Shown one piece after another: positions 9,814-19,736 of a DNA stretch of 64,000 nucleotides (within the stretch, counting starts at the first letter, position 1; each line of letters opens with the position of its first letter). A program made the position numbers and the translations under genes. The notes under the pieces are model-generated. The model saw nothing but the letters and a program-made list of their open reading frames with translations, ran no database searches and was not told where the DNA came from. The DNA comes from Bacteroidota bacterium (GTDB taxonomy: Bacteria; Bacteroidota; Bacteroidia; 2-12-FULL-35-15). The stretch covers positions 67,154-131,153 of the forward strand of contig CANFRC010000010.1 in the NCBI GenBank assembly GCA_947449315.1. The letters are read 5' to 3'.

Positions 9814-10701
9814 ATGAGCCGACCAATAGATGTAATGATTATAGGTGCCCAAAAGGCAGGAACGACTTCCTTATTAAGGTATTTGGGAGAGCATCCTGAA
9901 TGTATGAGTCACCCCCAGAAGGAATTTGCATATTTTATAGATACAAAGGAATACGATAATAACTATACACGCGCATTTCGAAAATATTTTTCTGCTTCAG
10001 ACGTGACTAGTAATGCTAAAATCGTTGCAAAAAGTGCAGGGCTATATGCTGATGAGAATGCAATTAAAAGACTTTATGAACATAATCCCAAATGCGAATT
10101 AATTATTATACTTCGTAATCCGGTAGAAAGGGCCTATTCGTCGTACTTAATGGAGAAAAATTACGATTCTGTAAAATTTGAGTTTTCTGAATTACCAGAA
10201 CTTATTCAAAAGCATAATGGAAATGATGAAAGCTGGGGCTTTAGTTTTTTTATTGAATATGGATTCTATGCTAAACACTTGAAAAATATTTATAAACACT
10301 TCCCAAAAGAACAAGTTCACGTAATTTTAAATGAAGAGTTTAAAAACAATACGCTGAAAGTTTGCCAAGACATTTTTAATGTCATCAAGATCGATAATAA
10401 ATTTATACCCAATGTGAAAGTGCAACATAACGTGACACAAAAAATGCATTCTCAATTCTATGCCAAATTAACAAAGCACATTCTCAAAAAGGAAGGCTTT
10501 TTCAGAAGACTTTTTCTTAAAATTATCCCCACCAGCAAGGCTTACAAATATGGTGAACAATTAAGATTGATAAATAAAAAAAATGCTAAACACTCTGAAA
10601 TGAATGATTCAGAAAAACAATATTTAATTACTTTTTACAAGCCATATAATGATGAGTTGGAAAATCTAATAAAGTGTGACTTATCCAATTGGAACAAATA
10701 A
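9814..10701 (+). CDS. Sulfotransferase-family protein (PAPS-dependent carbohydrate sulfotransferase fold)
   Basis: 5'-PSB P-loop IIGAQKAGTTSL at the N-terminus. 3'-PB-like IILRNPVERAYSSY. First gene of the polysaccharide locus. Confidence 0.7.
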   Translation: MSRPIDVMIIGAQKAGTTSLLRYLGEHPECMSHPQKEFAYFIDTKEYDNNYTRAFRKYFSASDVTSNAKIVAKSAGLYADENAIKRLYEHNPKCELIIILRNPVERAYSSYLMEKNYDSVKFEFSELPELIQKHNGNDESWGFSFFIEYGFYAKHLKNIYKHFPKEQVHVILNEEFKNNTLKVCQDIFNVIKIDNKFIPNVKVQHNVTQKMHSQFYAKLTKHILKKEGFFRRLFLKIIPTSKAYKYGEQLRLINKKNAKHSEMNDSEKQYLITFYKPYNDELENLIKCDLSNWNK

Positions 10702-10942
10702 AATATGGAATACCAAATAAAACCAAAAAGAAAAATTGAACCTTGGAATTGCCGAATTATGGCAATACCGAGAATTGTTTTATTTTTTCACTTTGCGTGA
10801 TATTTAATTAAAATAAAAACAAACGGTTCTTGGTTTTTTATGGGCCATATTACAGCCACTTTAAAATCCTAAACTGGCTACTCTTTTTTAAAATAAATTC
10901 CTGGCAACACCAGCAGTTTGCAACAGTAGTGAAATATAAATA

Positions 10943-11809
10943 ATGGTTTCAATAATCATCATAAATTACAAAACATTTGATTACACAAAAAAGTGTATTG
11001 AATCCATTATTCAATACACAAAAAATATTGCCTTTGAAATTATTTTAGTAGACAATTTTTCAAATGATGGTTCTGCGGAAAAATTAAAACACCTGTATCC
11101 AACCTTAACACACATTCAAAACAACACAAACTTAGGGTTTTCAAAAGCCAACAATATAGGAATACTAGAAGCGAAAGGAGATGTAATTCTATTATTAAAC
11201 AGTGATACTGAACTTTTTGAAGATACAATCAGCTATTGCTATGACTATATAATGAATGGCAAAACCAATAGCATAGTTTCCTGTAAATTGATTTATCCTA
11301 ACAATCAAATTCAGTATCAATGTTCTACATTTCCAAGTATTAAGAATAATATTATAGAAATGTTTAGATTACAAAAATTGCTGTCAAAAGAAAAAGCAGC
11401 TAAAGTTTTATACTCTACCTACTTTGACCATAACAGTGAAGCGGCACCAGAATGGATATGGGGTACATTTTTTATGTTTCATAAAAAATGTTTGGAGAAG
11501 TTAAATCATAAAAAACTAGATGATACTTTTTTTATGTATGGAGAAGATATGAAATGGTGTTATGATTTTAAGCATGTGGGCTGTAACATCGTGTACCTTC
11601 CTAATAAAAAAATAATACATCATGTTGGGAAATCGTCAACTGTTATTTCAGAAAAAACAAATCAAATTGTTAAAAATGAATTGCAATTTATTTGTTTGGT
11701 AAAAGGAAGAGCTTATAAATTAATATACAAATTCATAAGAATTTTAAATTTATTAAGTAGCCTTAATGCCAATAATTATGAATTGTCTAAATTATATTTA
11801 AAATATTAA
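10943..11809 (+). CDS. Family 2 glycosyltransferase
   Basis: VSIIIINYKTFDYTKKCIESI ... VDNFSNDGS ... LLNSDTE, the GT2 (GT-A) DxD architecture. Confidence 0.7.
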   Translation: MVSIIIINYKTFDYTKKCIESIIQYTKNIAFEIILVDNFSNDGSAEKLKHLYPTLTHIQNNTNLGFSKANNIGILEAKGDVILLLNSDTELFEDTISYCYDYIMNGKTNSIVSCKLIYPNNQIQYQCSTFPSIKNNIIEMFRLQKLLSKEKAAKVLYSTYFDHNSEAAPEWIWGTFFMFHKKCLEKLNHKKLDDTFFMYGEDMKWCYDFKHVGCNIVYLPNKKIIHHVGKSSTVISEKTNQIVKNELQFICLVKGRAYKLIYKFIRILNLLSSLNANNYELSKLYLKY

Positions 11810-11810
11810 A

Positions 11811-12815
11811 ATGGTTTTAAGTGTCATCATTCCAACTTACAAAAGGAACGAAATACTTCCTATAGTACTTCAACACTTAGCGAATGCATTGATCAATATA
11901 AATGCAGAAATCATTGTAATAAATGATGATAAACAAAATCAACTATTGCCAATAAGTATAAACAAGAATGAGATTCCTTTAAATATTTATACAAATAAAA
12001 AAGCTGGGGCAGCTGCTGCAAGAAATTATGGTTCTAACCTAGCAAAAGGTGATATTTTACTATTTTTAGATGATGATATTATAATTGATGCTGAAACGAT
12101 ATCATCAATACTTAAAATACAATCAGAATATGATAAAATAATTTCTACACCAATATGGGAATACAGTAGTGAAATGAAACTGCTTTTAAGTAAAAATTCT
12201 TTCGGAAAATTCAGATTAAAATATGACTATGGTAGCATTAGAGGAAGAAAAAATAATGAAACAAAAGAAAATTCAAAACATTACTTAGTTGATTCATTAG
12301 CATCGTTCTGTTTGTCGATCAAAAAAAAACATTTTATTCAATTGAACGGGATGGATGACTTGTTTCCATTTGCAGGCTGTGAGGATCAAGAATTTTCAGA
12401 GCGAGCAAAGCAAAATGGCTTTATATTACTACTCGATGAAAACAATACAGTGCTGCATCATGAAATTGATCGAATTCAAAAATCAGTTTGGTTAAAAAGG
12501 CAATACAATGGGGTGCAGGGATTTGTTAGGCTTGCAAATTTATATCCAGACAAAAAAAAATTCGAACTGTGGTATGAGAATACGCCTATCTCAAAAAGTG
12601 ACTCTGCAAAATTAAAAATTAAGAAAGTACTTAAGAAAATAGCCAGACAGAATTTTTCGATCACTATTATTAATTCTATTACCTACTTATTAGAATCGTT
12701 GAAAGTTAGCAATTTCATTTTAGAAAAAATATATTTAATTCAAACAGGGATTTACATTAATAAAGGATTTAACAATTCATATGAAAACCTTACACATAGC
12801 AATGACAATGGCTAA
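11811..12815 (+). CDS. Family 2 glycosyltransferase
   Basis: LSVIIPTYKRNEILPIVLQHL ... LFLDDDII. Confidence 0.65.
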   Translation: MVLSVIIPTYKRNEILPIVLQHLANALININAEIIVINDDKQNQLLPISINKNEIPLNIYTNKKAGAAAARNYGSNLAKGDILLFLDDDIIIDAETISSILKIQSEYDKIISTPIWEYSSEMKLLLSKNSFGKFRLKYDYGSIRGRKNNETKENSKHYLVDSLASFCLSIKKKHFIQLNGMDDLFPFAGCEDQEFSERAKQNGFILLLDENNTVLHHEIDRIQKSVWLKRQYNGVQGFVRLANLYPDKKKFELWYENTPISKSDSAKLKIKKVLKKIARQNFSITIINSITYLLESLKVSNFILEKIYLIQTGIYINKGFNNSYENLTHSNDNG

Positions 12816-13908
12816 CACGCCATCTGTGCCTTATTTTAATTGGTTCGCAGAAGAAGTTGCAAAATATCCGGAAATAAAATTTTCGTTTATATGTCTTTAT
12901 CACGAAAAACCAATAATGATAGAGGAAATGAAAAGCTTCAATTGTGATTGTTATTGGATAAAATTTGACGCAAAAAAAAGAAAAAAATCAATGTTTTTTG
13001 CATTGATTAGTTTCATTAAATTGTACAAAAAAATAAAACCAGACATTGTCCACTCACACTTATTTGATGACTCATTGCCCTCATTAATTGCAGCAAGACT
13101 AACAGGCATAAAAAAAAGAATTATTACAAAACAAGATACAACCTTTCATTATTATTATGCGCCAAAGTGGGTTTGGGCAGATAAATTTAACAACTTTAAT
13201 GCTACTAATATTATTGCCGTAAGTAACGAGGTGTCGAAATTTGTTATTGAAAAAGAAAGAGCACAAAAGAAAAAATTAACAACTATTCATCATGGTATAC
13301 CTTTTAAATATCTATGCAAAAGTGATGAAGAACTAAAAAAGGAACTGGTACTAAAATATGAATTATCAAATAAAATTGTGATTGGAACGATTGCAAGATA
13401 CATAGAATGGAAAGGCTACAGGTACATTATTGATGCTGCGGTTGATATCGTAAAAAAGCATAGCAATGCTGTATTTTTATTTATTAGTACAGGAGAACAA
13501 AGAGAAGAATTGGAACAATTGATAAAAAAAAACAAACTTGAAAAAAATATAATTTTAACTGGATGGATTGATAAAAAATATATACCTTCTTTATACTCAT
13601 TAATGAATATATATTTACATGCAGCAAATTATGAACCGTTTGGTTTTGTGATTGCTGAAGCCATGACGAATAAAGTACCAATAGTAACAACGCCAACTGG
13701 TGCAGCGCTTGATGCCTTAGAACACAAAGTAAATTGTTACATGACAGAATATAAAAATCCTCAACAAATAAGGGATGGAGTACTTTGGTTACTTGAAAAC
13801 AAAGAAAATCAAACTATTTTAACTGATAAAGCGTATCAAAAAGCAATCGAAATGTATCAATTTGAAACAATGTTTCAAAATCATATAAAGCTATATAAAA
13901 GCATCTAA
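12781..13908 (+). CDS. Family 4 (GT-B) glycosyltransferase
   Basis: C-terminal EPFGFVIAEAMTNKVPIVTT (the GT4 E-x7-E region). Overlaps the previous gene by 35 nt. In-frame ATGs at 12802/12808 are alternative starts. Confidence 0.75.
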   Translation: MKTLHIAMTMANTPSVPYFNWFAEEVAKYPEIKFSFICLYHEKPIMIEEMKSFNCDCYWIKFDAKKRKKSMFFALISFIKLYKKIKPDIVHSHLFDDSLPSLIAARLTGIKKRIITKQDTTFHYYYAPKWVWADKFNNFNATNIIAVSNEVSKFVIEKERAQKKKLTTIHHGIPFKYLCKSDEELKKELVLKYELSNKIVIGTIARYIEWKGYRYIIDAAVDIVKKHSNAVFLFISTGEQREELEQLIKKNKLEKNIILTGWIDKKYIPSLYSLMNIYLHAANYEPFGFVIAEAMTNKVPIVTTPTGAALDALEHKVNCYMTEYKNPQQIRDGVLWLLENKENQTILTDKAYQKAIEMYQFETMFQNHIKLYKSI

Positions 13909-14031
13909 TTGCAGCATACTAATACAATAGGAGAATATTAATTTATAAAAATATTTAATAAGATTGCTACAATAAAAAACTAGTTTCATGAAAATAGATA
14001 CGCTCCACTACTATAATATAAAATAGCGCAT

Positions 14032-14039
14032 TACTTTTG
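14032..14039 (+). promoter_or_regulatory. Candidate -7 promoter box TACTTTTG upstream of the GT2 gene at 14053
   Basis: TAnnTTTG motif 14 bp before the ATG, in a 144-bp AT-rich gap. Confidence 0.35.
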
Positions 14040-14052
14040 CTAAATTGAACAT

Positions 14053-14913
14053 ATGATTCCTGAAACATCCATAATAATACCTGTGTATAATGCAGAAAAA
14101 TATATTGAAGAAACGATTCTATCGGTATTAAATCAGACGTATGAAAATTGGGAATTAATACTAATTAATGATGGTTCAAATGATAATACAGAGGGGATAA
14201 TTCAACACTATTTAACGAATACAAAAATCCACTACTACCGCCAAAACAATTCAGGTGTTTCAGCGGCAAGAAATTTCGGCTACTCTCAATCGAAAGGCAA
14301 ATACATATCATTTCTTGATGCTGATGATGTATGGAATTCTTCAAATCTAGAAGAAAAAATATTTTTTCTTAAAAAAGAACCCATTGATGCTGTTTATTCA
14401 AACTGTGATCTAATAGACGAAAACTCTGTCAATACAAATAAAACATTAACAGGAAGTAAGGTGCCTTCCTTAAATGATATACTAACTATAAAAGGTAATT
14501 ACATAACTGCTCCTTCTGGCATCATTTTTAAAAAGGAAATTTTTGACACGATTGGGATGTTTGATACAAATTTATCCAATAATGCGGATCAAGATATTTG
14601 GATTAGACTACTTGCGAATAACTTTAAGTTAGAATTAATTAATAAATCGCTTTGGAAATACCGAGTACACTTGAATAACATGTCAAAAAACATTTCACTA
14701 TTGGAAAAAGATTCAATCTACTTAATGGAGAAAGTAAATAAAAATAATTTATTTGAATCGCAATTTTTCAAGAAGCAATGTTTTGGAAAATTATATTACA
14801 TGTTAGCAGGCAGCTGGTGGAAAAATGGCAATAATAAATTCAGAGGGCTATATTTTTTGTTAAAATCTATTTGGAATTACCCTCCAATCATGCTTCAAAT
14901 CATAAAAAAATAA
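14053..14913 (+). CDS. Family 2 glycosyltransferase
   Basis: TSIIIPVYNAEKYIEETILSVLNQTYENWELILINDGSND ... FLDADD. Confidence 0.8.
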   Translation: MIPETSIIIPVYNAEKYIEETILSVLNQTYENWELILINDGSNDNTEGIIQHYLTNTKIHYYRQNNSGVSAARNFGYSQSKGKYISFLDADDVWNSSNLEEKIFFLKKEPIDAVYSNCDLIDENSVNTNKTLTGSKVPSLNDILTIKGNYITAPSGIIFKKEIFDTIGMFDTNLSNNADQDIWIRLLANNFKLELINKSLWKYRVHLNNMSKNISLLEKDSIYLMEKVNKNNLFESQFFKKQCFGKLYYMLAGSWWKNGNNKFRGLYFLLKSIWNYPPIMLQIIKK

Positions 14914-14915
14914 AA

Positions 14916-16118
14916 GTGTCCACTAAAAAAAACAATATATTAGTAATTACCTCTTGGTGCTATAACGACGCATTGATACAAACGTATACACTCCCATATT
15001 TAAAAATAATTTCTAAAAAATTGCCTGAAGGCAGCAAAATATATTTAGTCACTTTAGATAAAGACAAAACAAAAAATGCACTTTCAGATTCCGGCATAAA
15101 AAACATTAGTCTTCCATACACCCCATTTGGACTTTTTGCAATATTCAAATGGATTAAAAACATTATTCAACTCTACGTTCTTGTTCAATCTAAAAACATT
15201 TCAACTATTCATGCTTGGTGTACGCCATCTGGAATGATTGCTTACATTCTATCCGTTTTAACAGGGAAAACACTCATTATTGATAGTTATGAACCACATG
15301 CTGAAGCTATGGTTGAAAATGGCGAATGGAAAAGAGATAGTAACGCTTATAAACTCCTATTTAAATTCGAAAAACTTCAGACAAAAAGAGCTAAATATCT
15401 TATTGCCACAACGGAAGGAATGAAAAATTATTCAAAAAATAAATACAACCATACTAAGGACAACTTTTTTGTAAAACCTGCTTGTGTAGACCTACAGCTG
15501 TTTTCGGAAGGGAATATTAAAAATAAAAAGTTATTATCAGAATTAAAACTTGAAAATAAAATTGTATGTGTGTATGCAGGAAAATTTGGTGGGATATATC
15601 TGGATAAAGAAGTATTCGATTTTATAAAAGAAGCTGAAAAATATTGGGGTGCTGCGTTCAGGGCACTAATTTTATCATCAAATTCCTCGGATTATATAAA
15701 ACAAATGGCAGCGAACGCCGGAATAAATGAAAATACAATTATTCATAAATTTGTTTCACACGATCAAATCCCCGATTATATGGGTTTAGCCGACTTTGCT
15801 ATCACTCCCGTAAAATCCGTTCCAACAAAAAGATATTGTACGCCCATAAAAGATGGCGAATATTGGGCCTTAGGATTACCGGTTGTAATAACAGCAAACA
15901 TATCTGATGATTCGGACATCATCAGCTCCTATAAAATTGGAAGTGTTTTAGAAAACTTAAATACTGAGGCCTACCTACAATCAATCAAAGAAATCGACAA
16001 TTTATTGAAAAACAATACGAGAATCGAGTTGTATAATAAAATACGACCCATTGCCGAAAAGTATCGTAATTTTGAAATTGCAGCGCGTATCTATTCAGAA
16101 ATTTATGGAAAGAAATAA
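14916..16118 (+). CDS. Glycosyltransferase (GT-B/GT4-like); the start is uncertain
   Basis: The track ORF 14871-16118 begins with TTG. There is no in-frame ATG before residue ~120. A GTG at 14916 lies 3 nt after the upstream stop and gives VSTKKNNILVITSW, a typical GT4 N-terminus. Confidence 0.5.
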   Translation: MSTKKNNILVITSWCYNDALIQTYTLPYLKIISKKLPEGSKIYLVTLDKDKTKNALSDSGIKNISLPYTPFGLFAIFKWIKNIIQLYVLVQSKNISTIHAWCTPSGMIAYILSVLTGKTLIIDSYEPHAEAMVENGEWKRDSNAYKLLFKFEKLQTKRAKYLIATTEGMKNYSKNKYNHTKDNFFVKPACVDLQLFSEGNIKNKKLLSELKLENKIVCVYAGKFGGIYLDKEVFDFIKEAEKYWGAAFRALILSSNSSDYIKQMAANAGINENTIIHKFVSHDQIPDYMGLADFAITPVKSVPTKRYCTPIKDGEYWALGLPVVITANISDDSDIISSYKIGSVLENLNTEAYLQSIKEIDNLLKNNTRIELYNKIRPIAEKYRNFEIAARIYSEIYGKK

Positions 16119-17145
16119 AAAAAATACTATTCTAGTCACAGGAGGAGCCGGATACATAGGCTCGCATACAATTATCGAATTGTTAGAAACAACCAGCTTC
16201 GATATTGTATCCATCGACAACTATTCGAATTCAAATGAAGGAACCTATGATAGAATAAAACAAATTACAGGAAAAGATGTAAAACACTACAACATTGATC
16301 TATGCAATTATGAAGAAACCGTTAAAGTTTTTGAAATTGAAACCGGTGTCATTGGGATTATTCATTTTGCAGCTTTTAAATCAGTATCCGAATCTGTAGA
16401 GAACCCTCAAAAATATTACCATAACAACATTAACTCATTATTAAATGTCTTAGAATGTTGTTTAAAATTTGAAATTCCAAATTTTATTTTTTCATCCTCC
16501 TGTTCGGTCTATGGAAATATCACAGAACTACCTGTAAAAGAGTCGACGCCATTTAACAAAGCTGAATCGCCATATGCATACACCAAACAAGTTGGAGAAG
16601 AGATCATAAAAGATTATTGTAAAGCCTATACACAACTAAATACAATATCCTTACGTTATTTTAATCCTGTAGGCGCTCATATTTCCGGTTTAAATGGAGA
16701 ACTCCCAATCAACAAACCAAGTAATTTAGTTCCAGTGATTACACAAACTGCTATTGGGAAAATCAAACAAATGACCGTTTACGGCTCTGATTACAAAACA
16801 AGAGATGGAAGCTGTATTAGGGACTATATACACGTTACAGACATTGCAATAGCTCATATTAAAGCATTAAATTATTTATTAGCAAACAATCAAAAATCTA
16901 ATTGTAGCATATTTAATTTAGGAAGTGGAAATGGCGTAAGCGTATTTGAAGCAATCAAATCATTTGAAAAAATTTCAGGTATTAAACCAAATTATATTTT
17001 AGGAAATCGCAGAGCGGGTGATGTAGAAGCTATTTACTCTCAAACAGATTTATCAAAAAAGGAATTAAACTGGGAGGCAAAAATTACATTGGATGAAATG
17101 ATGGAAACGGCTTGGAAATGGGAAAATAATTTAAAAAAGCAATAA
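16105..17145 (+). CDS. galE: UDP-glucose 4-epimerase
   Basis: ILVTGGAGYIGSHT Rossmann motif. YAYTK (YxxxK) catalytic motif. The track ORF begins at TTG 16051. The ATG at 16105 gives MERNKKNTILVTGG. Confidence 0.8.
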   Translation: MERNKKNTILVTGGAGYIGSHTIIELLETTSFDIVSIDNYSNSNEGTYDRIKQITGKDVKHYNIDLCNYEETVKVFEIETGVIGIIHFAAFKSVSESVENPQKYYHNNINSLLNVLECCLKFEIPNFIFSSSCSVYGNITELPVKESTPFNKAESPYAYTKQVGEEIIKDYCKAYTQLNTISLRYFNPVGAHISGLNGELPINKPSNLVPVITQTAIGKIKQMTVYGSDYKTRDGSCIRDYIHVTDIAIAHIKALNYLLANNQKSNCSIFNLGSGNGVSVFEAIKSFEKISGIKPNYILGNRRAGDVEAIYSQTDLSKKELNWEAKITLDEMMETAWKWENNLKKQ

Positions 17146-18011
17146 TGTATACTCAACACAATCACTGCCTAATTTGTAGTTCTAGTAATCTTACTATACT
17201 TCCAGCTTATCAAAAAGATTATTTAGTACAATGTATGTCTTGCAAATTCGTTTTCTGCAATAGGATCCCCACAAATGATGAGTTATTAAACCACTATAAA
17301 AAATACAATAGAGGTAATCAGTTGTCCCCAATCACATTGTTACGATACAATGAATTACTAGATAAATTTGAACAATTCAGACAAACAAACAATATTCTTG
17401 ACATAGGTTGCGGGGATGGGTATTTTTTAGAAGCTGCAAAAAACAGAGGATGGAATGTCTATGGAACTGAGTTCACTGATGAAGCTATTGAAATTTTGAA
17501 TTCAAAAGGAATTAAATCAAATCAAGGAAAGCTGGAAGCAAGCAATTACCAAAATGAGATGTTTGATGTGATAACATCATTTGAAGTCCTAGAACACATT
17601 CATAACCCAACTGAAGAATGTACTAACATATACAAAATACTTCGAAAAAAGGGCTTAATATACATCACAACGCCTAATTTCAACTCATTCAGTCGCTATT
17701 TTTTAAAACATTGGAACATTATTGAATACCCTGAACACCTCTCCTACTATACTCCAAGAACAATTAATACATTATTTAAAATGAATGGTTTCTCTAAATC
17801 AAAAATTGAAACGACAGGAATACACATTAATAGATTTCGACAAGGTATTGGCAGCATACAAAGTGACGAATCAAATGGAAATATGGAAGAAAGTTTGAGA
17901 AGCAAAACTGAAACAAAAATAATCTTTAAAATTCTAAAAAAAATCACAAATAAAATTTTAGATATTTCAAAAAAAGGAGACAGCTTAAAAGCCTGGTATA
18001 TAAAAAACTAA
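17145..18011 (+). CDS. Class I SAM-dependent methyltransferase with an N-terminal Cys4 zinc-ribbon
   Basis: CLICSSSN...CMSCKF zinc ribbon. Motif I ILDIGCGDGYF. The start overlaps the galE stop (TAATG). Confidence 0.7.
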   Translation: MYTQHNHCLICSSSNLTILPAYQKDYLVQCMSCKFVFCNRIPTNDELLNHYKKYNRGNQLSPITLLRYNELLDKFEQFRQTNNILDIGCGDGYFLEAAKNRGWNVYGTEFTDEAIEILNSKGIKSNQGKLEASNYQNEMFDVITSFEVLEHIHNPTEECTNIYKILRKKGLIYITTPNFNSFSRYFLKHWNIIEYPEHLSYYTPRTINTLFKMNGFSKSKIETTGIHINRFRQGIGSIQSDESNGNMEESLRSKTETKIIFKILKKITNKILDISKKGDSLKAWYIKN

Positions 18012-19363
18012 ATTTTAGATGCTTTTTTTTCACGCATAAGATAATAGGTAACCAATAAAAAGCTAACAAACTCGGGTAAATATGCAATTCTAAATCTAAC
18101 CAACGCGCCAAAGTTCGCTGTAGAAAGTCCAACAATCAATGAAAAGAAAAGCGAATAAATAAGACAAAACAGCAACAAAGGATTGCTTGAAATGATTTTA
18201 ATTAATTTCCCAAATTTAAATCGAAATAATATAAGAATACTTAATAATAAATAAATAAAATTCTCAATTCCTGACAATAACATTACAACATTTTTAGATT
18301 CCCATATAAATGGTCTGAATAACCCAGCAGCCATTGCAGCAGGGGAAACCGACAAAGCACCAGTAATTGTAGGCTCATAAGACCCAATATCAAAAGAGTT
18401 CCCTGAATAATAACTTTGTTTAAGATCCGATTGCTTCTCTGATGCTTCAGATAGTAAGGTATTAATATCAAAGGTGCCACTACTGGTTAAAATATAAAAA
18501 ACTAGAATGACACTCACAAAAAGGCCAACAGGAATAATTAAATATCGAATTACTCTACTACTGATGCTCAATATTTTTTCGTAAAAGCCCCAAACCACTG
18601 AACCAGGAAGTAAGGTGTATAAAATGTAGGGCTTTATTGAAAATATAACAAAGGCAACAACTAATAATATTGAAAAGTTTTTAATGCGCTTTTCCTTGAG
18701 AATAAATAATTTGTAAAAAGTATAAATATACCAACAGGAAGCGGATAAAGTAATTGTGTCTTTTAAAATACCTGAGCCCCAAAAAAGAACAGAAGGAAGA
18801 AACAAAATAGCAACAGCTAATTGATTGTGATACTTTTTATAATAAATAGAAAAAACAGTATATAATTTCCATATTCCTAAAAATGAAATCCAAGAGAACA
18901 AAATTGTTGTTAGCACAAAACTTTGAAACGAAAGCAACATGAATGGAACCAGCATCTTTATTACTAAAAGTGTTCTAGTATCATAATACATATAATCCCA
19001 AGGATATCCTGTTGATCGCCCATCAAACAAATAGTAGTTTTCAATGCTAGGCCCTTCTGTCATTACTTTAAAAAAATAAGAAGGTTTTTCAAACAATAAA
19101 TTGGTAAAGGCTCTGGCACTCTCAAAATAAGATATGGTATCACCTCCTTTATAAACATAGATGTATACCAGACAAAAAATAATTGCACCTATCAGCTTAA
19201 ATGTAACAGCCCTTGTATAGTATTTATAGATAATATTTTCTTTGATGTGTTTCTTTTGGATCCAATAAGAAATAAATAAAATTATGGCGATGTAAATCGG
19301 GAAGGCAAAGTATTCTGTAATGCCGAGATTATCTATGTACCCATAATTTTTAATCTCGTTCAT
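18008..19363 (-). CDS. Polytopic membrane protein, putative Wzy/EpsG-like polysaccharide polymerase
   Basis: About 12 predicted TM helices and no soluble domain. It lies convergent to, and 4 nt overlapping, the glycosyltransferase/methyltransferase run. Assigned by context and topology only. Confidence 0.4.
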   Translation of the reverse strand: MNEIKNYGYIDNLGITEYFAFPIYIAIILFISYWIQKKHIKENIIYKYYTRAVTFKLIGAIIFCLVYIYVYKGGDTISYFESARAFTNLLFEKPSYFFKVMTEGPSIENYYLFDGRSTGYPWDYMYYDTRTLLVIKMLVPFMLLSFQSFVLTTILFSWISFLGIWKLYTVFSIYYKKYHNQLAVAILFLPSVLFWGSGILKDTITLSASCWYIYTFYKLFILKEKRIKNFSILLVVAFVIFSIKPYILYTLLPGSVVWGFYEKILSISSRVIRYLIIPVGLFVSVILVFYILTSSGTFDINTLLSEASEKQSDLKQSYYSGNSFDIGSYEPTITGALSVSPAAMAAGLFRPFIWESKNVVMLLSGIENFIYLLLSILILFRFKFGKLIKIISSNPLLLFCLIYSLFFSLIVGLSTANFGALVRFRIAYLPEFVSFLLVTYYLMREKKASKI

Positions 19364-19736
19364 TTAATCTTTTATTTATAAAAAAATACAATAAGGATTT
19401 ATTTCTTTTTTGACTTTTCAAACTTTTATCCAGGCCATTCTAATTGGCATTGTTATCAAATAACATCCTAAATGGTACAGCCGGTTTATAAAATTTCAGA
19501 TACCGATGACCATTATTTCTTCATTTAAAAACCAATGTAAATTCGTGTGAATGCTTTCCAAAATTAACTATTTTTACGACACTCTGATTACTGAAAAGTT
19601 ACAAATACAACAAATACCTAAAGGATTTGTATCTAAAAAAAGAAAAACACTGTTTTTTAACACTTTTATCCTACCATTCCATTTTTATTAAACACCATAA
19701 ATTATTAACTTTACTGCAAATCAAGCAAACACGTTT

